From Ginkgo biloba (taxonomy: Eukaryota; Plantae; Ginkgophyta), in the NCBI GenBank assembly GCA_024626585.2, contig JANKJI020000001.1, positions 1,294,615 to 1,311,618 of the forward strand: 17,004 nt of DNA. The letters are read 5' to 3'. Of the stretch, positions 1 to 9,131 are shown one piece after another. The notes beneath the pieces were generated by a model, which was given only the letters and a program-made list of their open reading frames with translations, was not told the DNA's origin and did no database searches. The position numbers were made by a program, and so were the translations under genes. Within the stretch, counting starts at the first letter, position 1, and each line of letters starts with the position of its first letter.

Positions 1-77
1 GTTGGATTCCAAAATAGGTCTCCAATTGTCTAAACCAATCATCAAGCTTCTTGGCATCCATCTTCCCATCATATCCA
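1..77 (-). mobile_element. gag: Ty3/gypsy gag N-terminal fragment (element A), runs off the window edge
   Basis: Minus-strand translation GYDGKMDAKKLDDWFRQLETYFGIQ matches the plant gypsy gag pattern (F/Y)DG..D..KLD.W..QLE.YF. Too short for the ORF track. Confidence 0.7.
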
Positions 78-503
78 TGTTACAAAGCTAGACTAACTTT
101 CAGATTGCAAAACTACTCTTAATATACCAAAGAGATCACACACAAAAATAAGACATTAGAAATAAGCAACAATAAGAGATTCTTACTAATCAAGGAAAAG
201 AATGTACAAGGGGATCAAACAAGTAGTAGTATGATAACCAAACCCATGCTATCTCTCAAAAATAATCAGGGTCCCTTTATGGTGAGGGAAAACCCCATAC
301 AAGGGGTGGGTGTTTGTTGGGGATAATTGATGTATCAAACTACGACAATAACCACCAACACAACAATGCATTAATCATTATACCATCAATGTGTAATCCC
401 CATATCCTGTCAGAGGGTCGTCAAGTAAGTCTCGGTCTTCTAGTCAACGTTTGTTGTCCTAGAGTCCCCCTCCAAAGTCCAACTCCTCTAGCTACATTCA
501 ACA
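78..503 (-). mobile_element. LTR-like segment (probable solo LTR, ~420 bp)
   Basis: Starts TGTTAC at 78 exactly where gag A homology stops, and ends in CA at 496 (GCTACA) or 503 (TTCAACA). On the minus strand it has a TATA-like CATAAAGGG and a T-rich U5-like 3' part ending GTAACA. No perfect TSD. Confidence 0.5.
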
Positions 504-589
504 TACTCTAAGGTTGCTCCCGACTTATACACAATGTTGGCACTAACCACAACACAAATCAACCACTATCATCTTGCATTTATTAGGGT

Positions 590-1407
590 GTCAATCAATG
601 TCCACATGGCTCATTTGTAAAAGACACATTGCCCTGACTTTTAAGTGGGAATACCCATTTACCTTCATATGCTCTATCATCAATGATTGTCTTCCTTCTT
701 CATATTACCATGCTCCTTTTCTTAAAGGAGAGAGATAGCTTCATTACTCTGTCAAGCGAATCTAGTATTTGTGCTCTAACATCCTCCTAGTATTCTTCAT
801 GCAATACATACACGTAAAGCCACATTTGTCACATGACTTATTTATCTCTTATCAAGGAGAATCTTACAAACACATTATTGTACTCGGTGACACTTTCCTT
901 TTGTCTTGAATTGCACAGCATGCTAAGGTATTTTTTCTAAGTCTTATATATGAAAAACATATCAATTAAATGATTTTAAGCCTTGTACCAAGATTTCAAA
1001 GGTTCACATTGGTGCTCCTTCAAGTTAGCTTCCACATTTTGCCATCATTCATATGCCATGCCTTCTAGCTGTAATGTCACGAGTTGCACTATTTCATTGC
1101 CTAATTTGGGATTTAGCTTGAATTATGTCTCTAACTTATGTGTCCATACTTCGAGACATATCCCATCCTCAACTCCAATGAATTTTGGCACATCAATCTN
1201 NNNNNNNNNNNNNNNNNNNNNNNNNNNNNNNNNNNNNNNNNNNNNNNNNNNNNNNNNNNNNNNNNNNNNNNNNNNNNNNNNNNNNNNNNNNNNNNNNNNN
1301 NNNNNNNNNNTGTTCAGTGTTGAACATATCCAATTTGGCATGACTTTGACCACCTTCTTCAATCTCCTTTCTCTAGTCATCTTGTAGGCCCACTGCATGT
1401 CAAGCAA
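590..1407 (-). mobile_element. gag: Degenerate Ty3/gypsy (chromovirus-type) gag pseudogene (element B), Retrotrans_gag domain
   Basis: One frame from 1197 down to 721 reads IDVPKFIGVEDGICLEVWTHKLET*FKLNP..VQLVTLQLEGMAYE*WQ..KSW..NSRQKESVTEYNNVFVRF..LHEEY*EDVRAQILDSLDRVMKLS. This matches the gag motifs P.F.G / L.LEG.A..WW / L.Q..SV.EY...F. There are several in-frame stops and a degraded knuckle-like region near 590-650. Confidence 0.85.
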
Positions 1408-1729
1408 TGTCTTCTATCTAAGCACATGTTTAATCCTTGTCTCTTAAGGCAAACAATTCAAAATATTCTCTTATGATGAAATTGAGTGATTTACAACCTT
1501 GCCATTATAATTTACACTAGATATTGCTTTGCTTTGTTTCTCACCGAGTCTTTTGCTANNNNNNNNNNNNNNNNNNNNNNNNNNNNNNNNNNNNNNNNNN
1601 NNNNNNNNNNNNNNNNNNNNNNNNNNNNTCCATGGTACTCAAGTTCTTACTAGAGTTATGTTTACCCACTAAAATGCTTTTAAATTAACTTAAAAGGCAC
1701 CCTAGAACTTAAAACTTTACTTGAATGTT

Positions 1730-1791
1730 CAACAATTGACCAAAAATTCAATATATATAGCGATCGATGAAAATATTTTGGTCAATTGTTG
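1730..1791. repeat. Perfect 16-bp inverted repeat, 30-nt spacer
   Basis: CAACAATTGACCAAAA (1730-1745) and TTTTGGTCAATTGTTG (1776-1791) are exact reverse complements. Confidence 0.9.
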
Positions 1792-2983
1792 TAAAATGTG
1801 AAGCTCTCCAAATGAAATCAAGCCCATGTATTAATATAACAATATGATCATCATCTGTTTTAAAAAGAGGCTATAATGAATCGTTCAAAGCCTATAGATC
1901 AAACATTGGGAAAAAATTTTAAATAGTTGAACCTACATGTAGCCCTTAGAAACTATTTTACAAATAAGCTCTCTATGGTTGAGTAGAATACCTAATACCT
2001 CTACCTAGGCATGCATCTAGCCATTCCCTCTTCTGTTATGCCATTCGTGCTTTTTGAATCAAATGGTGAGAATACATTTGCCAAGAGGTTGATTTGACTA
2101 TCCTATTTGCTCTATGTGTGGCATATACTTTTTTTGTGAATCAAACTAGGTGCCTTGGAACATCGTCGCCTCCAACATCACAATAAGGGTGAGATTGAAA
2201 CGATCCAATTAACAAAAACAGATTCAGTACATTCAAAAACATTTGACTAGGTTGAATTTTACCTTGTAAAATTTGATTTGTTTGGTTTTTAAATTGGACC
2301 CCTCTGATTCTCATCTTAACGAGTGACCGTGAAGATTTCTATGAGTATTTTGTTCGCGTGGTTGAAATTGCACGTTCAGACAAACTCCAGCTTTATATCA
2401 GAGCTGAGCTAACAGGGAAAAACATTTGGGAAAAAACATTGGTGCTTTTGCGCCAAGTATAACTTTATAAAGTGAAAAGAAATGCCCTCTCTTAGGTTTT
2501 TCTTCATTTTGGGTTTTCTTTGCCAGAGATCACTGCATTTGTTGGTTGGAATAATTTAATTCTGATTTAAGTCTTCACTCAGAAGTGAATAGTGCATTCA
2601 ATCCCGAATTTGCCTATTGCATGCTCTCCGTTTCGTCATGATCTTAAGGTACTTTTTTGTCTGATTTGCTATATTCAGCTATCCTAAAAACAGTGGAGAA
2701 GTTTAAGTGGAGCAATTGACCGAATATATATACCAAAATGGCAGCTCTATTTTTGTTTTCCCCATCATCGAGGTGATTATTGAGATTTATGACTTGTTGC
2801 TGTTTCCATAGTTTACGAATGGAGTCAGCCAATCTTGTTGAATTATGAAAATCATTTCGCACCGTCAACATGTGCTGCACTTGNNNNNNNNNNNNNNNNN
2901 NNNNNNNNNNNNNNNNNNNNNNNNNNNNNNNNNNNNNNNNNNNNNNNNNNNNNNNNNNNNNNNNNNNNNNNNNNNNNNNNNNN

Positions 2984-3145
2984 ATCATCACTTTATCTGT
3001 GAGTAGGTCTAGAATAAAGAGATCAAGTTGATATACTATCTGACTCAAACAATTTGCAGATATTTTCAGCAAAGCATTGAGCAAGGACAAGTTTGAAAAG
3101 TTCATAAATATACTTGGTGTAACAATCAACAAAATGGCCATATAA
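2984..3145 (+). mobile_element. pol: Ty1/copia pol C-terminus (RNase H) pseudogene fragment
   Basis: HHFICE*V*NKEIKLIYYLT, then a frameshift, then QFADIFSKALSKDKFEKFINILGV..* matches the copia RNase H end HHFIRE.V....I.L....T..Q.ADIFTKAL....F..F...LG. The 5' side is cut by a 100-N gap. Confidence 0.9.
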
Positions 3146-3427
3146 GGGTGGTCTTAGAAATAATGTCCATTTTGTAAGGGTTAATAATAAAATTTGTAAT
3201 ACATAATGAAATATTGAAAATTAGTTAATTGTTTGATAGTTGAGTGACACTTACACTAATATTGTAAATAAGTGACCCTTATGAATTAATCAAAATGAAA
3301 CATTCAAAAGTCAATCTTCGTATACCATTCTGCTCTTCCTTCCTCAACATTTCTATAGTCTCCTATAGTATATATGCCCTATATACCCAATCTACTTCAA
3401 AAAAATTGTCTAAAATAATTTTCAACA
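3144..3427 (+). mobile_element. Copia polypurine tract (3144-3151) and 3' LTR (~3152-3427)
   Basis: AAGGGTGG overlaps the pol stop and is followed by TCTTAG (degenerate TGTTAG). A TATA-like TGTAAATAAG lies near 3263 and the segment ends TTTCAACA at 3427. Confidence 0.6.
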
Positions 3428-4472
3428 ACCTCAGAGGGCCTTTTCTCTCTCTTAGGTAACTACCTTCTCTGTCCTCTTTTTTCTACATGCAATAAAGACG
3501 TCTAAGAAATTGATATCCCTTTGACGACCATTTATACGCAAAATGCAGTTTTGGTTTAATGGCATCTAGTTGGTCCATCATCCAAGACAAATGACCTTTC
3601 TTTTGGAAAGTTTCTCTGTCTCCTAGAAAGACATTCTACTCTCTTGAGAAGCCATTATAGATCTTCATCTCCACACACGGAAGGAATAATTGTCTGGGTA
3701 GCCTCCTTAACATGNNNNNNNNNNNNNNNNNNNNNNNNNNNAAAGATTTACGGTCACATAAAACTAAGCCTCCTCAAGGAGCTACTGCAAGCCCCTTTTA
3801 GGGTTGCTTATGTTCTCTAATACCTTTTATGATGCCTCAAGGTTTTTCCTTTGCCACTTATCATGCTAGTGACTCGATAAAAGCAACTAGTGTATTATCA
3901 TATTATGTGTCTCCTTATGACTCTAAGAGCATACCTTAGGCCTTTCCTTTAACTTTTGACCAAGCTTCCAATAGATCTCTATGTTGTAACATTAACTATT
4001 GGCACCATGGTATCAAGCAGTGAGTGGGGTCATGCCCCTTCTCTCCCGCTAGTCATGGAGTGGGCTCACTGCAACTGTCATTCTACGGCCTAGATTTTGT
4101 GAGTTGGGGCTTACCTCCACAAACGCTAGTCACCCATATGAGCACAAACTTTGCTCTTTCTACTAGTTGGGTTCCAAGCTTTCCTATGCTTCAACACTTT
4201 TTGCGTTTAGTCTTTTCATCCATTGCCCAATCTTCTGCTTCAGTCTCAATCATCAATCTTTTTCAAAGAAAGATATGATTTCCGTTTAAAAACCTTCTGC
4301 CTTTATTCAAGCCTTTCGCCCTATTTCAAACCTTTCTTCTTTTGCTAGTCTTGTACTTTGATCTCAGCCATTNNNNNNNNNNNNNNNNNNNNNNNNNNNN
4401 NNNNNNNNNNNNNNNNNNNNNNNNNNNNNNNNNNNNNNNNNNNNNNNNNNNNNNNNNNNNNNNNNNNNNNNN

Positions 4473-4800
4473 CATCTCCAGGTCAAGTCTAATAGCTCAT
4501 TGTCGCCAGGATGATGTGTTAAGTTGTCACCTCATTATGGCAGCCCTTTCTAAGAACAAGGAAAAGTGAATGAATCGACTTATAGAGTCCAATTATCGAC
4601 TCAGGAAGATGCATCCCATGTTTCATATAAGTTTCTTGAAGAAATCTTTATCTATATATGATAATGTTTTACCTACCTATGTTGATGTTCACGAAGTGGA
4701 AAAGAATTTCATGATCCAAATTGGCATCTTGGATGAGAGAACAAGGACACCAAGAAAGAGGGGCATTACAGAGTATCTTGTGGAGTGGTACATATCCAAG
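4473..4800 (+). mobile_element. pol: Chromovirus (Ty3/gypsy) integrase C-terminus: GPF/GPY module and truncated chromodomain
   Basis: KLSPHYGSPF*EQGKVNESTYRVQL (4521-4595; cf. KLSPRYYGPF....VG.VAYRL.L), then a frameshift to MHPMFHISFLKK (cf. IHPVFHVS.LK), then ILDERTRTPRKRGITEYLVEW (4726-4788; chromodomain). The expected ..EDATWE segment is missing. Confidence 0.85.
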
Positions 4801-5708
4801 TTTGTGGCACGCATCACAATCTATTGTCCTTTTGCAAACATTCAATGATAATATATATTGATGATGAAAGTTTCATCATGGAGTTCAACAAAAATATCAT
4901 GTACAGAAAGAATTAACGCCAAGTTTTTATGTCTTGAGAGACATGTCTCATATGCAAGTCTTGAACATCATGTCAAATGATTTGTTGAATGCATAATTTA
5001 GAACCAACCACAGCCTAAGTAAACTATTACAAGATTAGAGGAGGCATAATGGAAGAACATGAATTCTATTAATATAATGACTATTGTAGACACATGCCCC
5101 CAATAGTCCAGTCCAATCATTACATTATAATGTGGGATCCTTTTATAGTGTCAAGGCATCCCTTCATATGCCATTACATAGAGTGGCAACTGTCCAACTA
5201 CCTAACACTCCCATGCGCAAGTCTAAAATGAATGTGCAAGTCCTGCATGAAAGTTCTATTATGCAATTGTGCATGTAATTAATTAAATGAACTAGAATCA
5301 ACAAGATTATTGTTGGTTTTGGAGATTTTAGTTCCTCCCAATTTTCTGTATTTTCCTCCAACACTATATATTTCAAAGATTTTTGCCTTTCTACAATTTA
5401 CTTCATCTTTTCAATGGGGCTAAGGCATTTACCTCATGTCTTGTCCTTTTCAAGCTAACCATTCTCAATTAACTAACTTATTCCTTGCAATCCTTACACA
5501 TTCCTCCATCTGATGCAACTAATTTCATCTCAGTCTTCCATCTGCTAAGATGCATGCATCTTTAAAGTCATATGCTTAATTGGCTTTGCTTAGGAACTTT
5601 TTGTATATCCCAACACTTCTTCCCTATCAACTCCTTTGATCAGACTTTCTACTTTTAGTAAGCCTCTTGGACACAGTCATTTTTCAACATACTCTTTCTA
5701 TTTTTTCT

Positions 5709-5942
5709 GCCGAAGCTTTCTTATTGTGCCAACGTGCTGCCAGGTGGGACCCAGTCAACTTGTCAACTAGTGTCAGCACTTTACGATTTTGCCGACACAA
5801 TGCAAGTTCTTCCGATCAATGATTTTGGCCAGAGTCGGCTCTTTCTGATTGTGCTGACATTATGCATGTTTTTGTCGATGGACAATTTTGGCTAATGTCA
5901 ACACTTTCTAATAGAACTAACTCATTGCAATGTTGTTCTGAC
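5709..5942. repeat. Degenerate tandem repeat, 62-63 bp period, ~3.7 copies
   Basis: Units start at 5709, 5772, 5834 and 5897. Approximate shared consensus GTCRGCACTTTCTGATTGTGCYGACA..ATGCA.GTT.TT..CGAT....ATTTTGGC; units 2 and 3 are most similar. Confidence 0.75.
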
Positions 5943-7034
5943 TTCACTACAATTTGGATCAATAGCTGGTCTGTAGATACCATCATCCTAATACAACATT
6001 AAATAACGAAACATCAATTCTTATTGGAATCTATGAAATGGTTCATCCTAGTTTGCCTGCACGATATTTAACAGAATATTCGATTTGTAAGAAATCAGTC
6101 AAACTACGAAATAAGACATGAAAGGCTTCCTCCTAAGATTTTGGCCATACACCCTTCAATCCAACATGTCTATGCAACTACAGTACTAACATATATTATT
6201 TCTCAAGAAACAAATTCACATGGCTTCATTTTAGAGTATAATCCTACTGTTTTGTCAGTTTGTGAGGGCTTTATCTAACATTTTGTTAAGTTGCATTGAA
6301 CTTTTCCATCAATGCAACAAAACTTGCAATGGATAATTATTGAGTGACGTTGAAACACACTTCATCAGCTGGCGAGCACTCAGTAAATTCCAGTTAAGTA
6401 CATAAACCAAGGATATTCTGTCCTTAAATTGAAGCCAAGCATTTCGTCGAATATGGAATGAGACAAAGATGGGTTGAGGAGTATGAATACAAAGGAATTG
6501 GTGAAGAGATGGATGGAGAGCGACGGGAGAGGAACGGGTGCATGCAAATAATTCACGTGAAGTAAGGTGATATGTTCTACAAGTGTTCGTCTCTCCCACA
6601 CGCAGACAAAGCAAGTGAAATGGGATGATGGTGACTTTGGATGCCCTCATTTGTTGTGGGTGGGCTTTGGAGTTGTGATTAGGCGTTTCATGTGTTTTTG
6701 TTTGATTGTGTGTTTGATATGGCAGCGGATGAGACACACATTCATCTGTTCAGCCGCCTGCAATCTAATCAATCAACACCCTCCCCCTCGCCTCCTTTGG
6801 TTTTTGTTCCACTCCCACCTTACATGCCCACATGAATTTCTGCTTAAAACAACACACTCTACGATGCCTTGGCTGCAAAGACACCATGTCCGACACTGCT
6901 CCAGCCAAATCCCCTGCTCTTTATTTCTTTATGTNNNNNNNNNNNNNNNNNNNNNNNNNNNNNNNNNNNNNNNNNNNNNNNNNNNNNNNNNNNNNNNNNN
7001 NNNNNNNNNNNNNNNNNNNNNNNNNNNNNNNNNN

Positions 7035-7400
7035 AGAAGAGTTGAGGGCGAATACAGAGGAGTTTTTGCCAGTTTTGGAGGAGAGAGCAAGTTCTCTTGA
7101 TGTTTTTGGGAAGTAAAGAGTTACCTAGTTTATGCAGAAGAACACGAGAAGAGGAGAAGTTGTCCAGAGAGAAGCAACTAGTTTGCAGTTGTGTAACAAC
7201 ATGTTACTTTTCTCTTATAATAGTTCATATCAAAGTTGTGTAATGTAGAAAAAAAAGCAGAAAAAAAATCCTTTAAGGATTTACTTCTTGTTGTTTATTT
7301 TTCTTAGGAGAAGATTAATATAACTTAAGGAAAGTCATTTCTATGACACTGTTATTTCTTTTCAGTATTTGTTCTTCATTTTCCAACGCTTAAGTTCTAT
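7035..7400 (+). mobile_element. Possible 3' part (R/U5) of a 5' LTR preceding the PBS cluster
   Basis: GA-rich then T-rich non-coding tract directly upstream of PBS-like sites. It has no clean terminal CA and its start is hidden by a gap. Confidence 0.35.
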
Positions 7401-7447
7401 TGGTATTCAAAGATCTTGGGCATGATCTACAATAGGTGGATTATTTT

Positions 7448-7459
7448 TGGTATCAGAGC
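7448..7459 (+). promoter_or_regulatory. tRNA-iMet primer binding site TGGTATCAGAGC
   Basis: Exact 12-nt match to the canonical plant LTR-retrotransposon/caulimovirid Met PBS. Variant copies occur at 7512-7523 (TGGTATCATAGC) and 7401-7412 (TGGTATTCAAAG). Confidence 0.75.
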
Positions 7460-7485
7460 TAGTGTGCATCACTAGGAGTCATTCC

Positions 7486-7516
7486 TACCAAAATATGTAC
7501 AATACATATTTTGGTA
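7486..7516. repeat. Perfect 14-bp hairpin with 3-nt loop
   Basis: TACCAAAATATGTA (7486-7499), CAA loop, TACATATTTTGGTA (7503-7516). Confidence 0.9.
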
Positions 7517-8831
7517 TCATAGCAGTTTAATACCAATCATTAGTTACTCTAATGTGGTTGTGAAGGTATATGGTGAAGACAAGAAGCTAATACCAAGAAG
7601 GGGAAGAGCTAGAACTATCGCCTTACAAAAGGAGAGGCATTGTCTCAATTCCAACCATGGAAGGAAAAACTTTAATAGGTCTTTAATATGCCAGAAACGT
7701 GGAAATTTTATTTCTTTAAAAAGCATATGATCTATTAACCAAGCAAAATAGGTATTACATGATCTGTTTGATGAGCTACACATCTCAATAGGTACAAAGA
7801 GTTGAGCCCCTTACGTATCATCTACTTACTGAGATGCATTATATACACCCAGTTCTAATCACGCCATAACATTAGATTGAATCCACAACCAGACCCTTAT
7901 CACTAGAATATCCTTATGTACCATCAGAAGCCACATTAAACATTAGCCCATGGTGGAGCATCGTCACTTAGTTGCCTGTCAATGACAAAACAACAAGAAC
8001 CGCAGCAAGGGATAAAATTTATATCCTCCTCTTCCTCACTGTCTTCCAGCACTGTAGCTTGGATCCTGTTGAGTGGTTAATAGAAGGATTTACCTTTACC
8101 ATTAATTTGTGCACAAGAAAAAGTGAAATTGGTTCCCCAGTCTATGACCCACATTAAGGTTAATTTAAAGTGGGAATGAGAATGGGCGAAATTGCTCATT
8201 ACCTTGGAGGTGCTTTAGATTGCTGCAATCAGTCTCATTATTCACCCCTGATAAAGCCCTTTTGGAGCCATTTTTCTCATCTCTTACTTAATCCAGTCCT
8301 TAACCCAGCATATTATAGAGATCCTGCATTTGCTCAAGTGAGATTTGCCCACCACCTCTTCATATTGATATACCAAGAATAAGTGCTGCAGTAAACATCT
8401 AATCCTTACAGTAACCACATACAAACACCTTACCGACACTATTCTACCTCCTGAGTGTGGATTTTTCTAAACACAGCAATACAAAGAAGCATTAAACAAA
8501 ATCTTGGGAGAAAATGACTACAAAGCAAGTTTCCATGTATATGTATATGTGGCAGTTCACAAAGTGTGAGTAAGAAGCATTCGGTATGACTGCCCAAAAC
8601 ATTGGGTGAATACGTGCTTTTTGCAAAGTTGGAGAGTATAAAAACACAGTCATACTATGTGCATCCATTACTCTAGAGAGCTGTCGGTGCATGAAATTCA
8701 AATATTTCAACATCCATTTGGGCATGTACATGAAGATCCATATCTGTAGCTATTCATTCGGCGATTATCTATAATATATGAATGAGACTACATATCCAAG
8801 ATAAAACCTCTTCTACTTTGTCTTACACCTT

Positions 8832-9131
8832 CTAGTTCATCCTAGTGAGGGATTTATGGCATATCCTAATAATTTTTAATTGTTTACACGACCCACTTTC
8901 ATCCATTGGTCCCACAAAAGTGGATGGTTCTATTGCCAGTAGAGGTGTTAAGGCCATTTCAAAATCCTTTAATTGGGAATTTTCTTTTTTCAGATCATTT
9001 ACTTTCATCTTCAAGGCTTTGATTAAAACATTATGAAATTTTACAATCTCTTAAGTAGATAATTGGCCCATGTCTAATTCGATCTTCTACACAACAAAAT
9101 ATGTCATTGTAATGGTTTCCTTGGACCTTAG
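8832..9131 (-). pseudogene. Decayed coiled-coil-like reading frame, possibly an LTR-element accessory ORF
   Basis: The frame extends the 8832-9014 ORF upstream through two stops: RSKETITMTYFVV*KIELDMGQLST*EIVKFHNVLIKALKMKVNDLKKENSQLKDFEMALTPLLAIEPSTFVGP, with a heptad-like L/K/E pattern. Family not established. Confidence 0.3.

Noticed and set aside
2826-2864. QPILLNYENHFAP, reminiscent of the OTU protease His motif
   Set aside because: It is short, its frame has stops just upstream, and no Cys-box (DGNC) is visible. Likely chance.
4008-4018. TGGTATCAAGC PBS-like site
   Set aside because: Imperfect match with no LTR upstream or gag downstream that I can support.
497-5695. 13-bp match TTCAACATACTCT at 497 and 5683
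   Set aside because: Expected by chance in 17 kb of AT-rich DNA, and the flanks do not extend.
5709-5942. CRISPR-like periodicity (62-63 bp with a palindromic part)
   Set aside because: The units are degenerate along their whole length with related 'spacers', there are no cas genes, and the context is eukaryotic TE.
5945-5952. CACTACAA as a CACTA terminal repeat next to the tandem array
   Set aside because: The orientation puts the array outside the element, and no matching TAGTG end, TSD or transposase was found.
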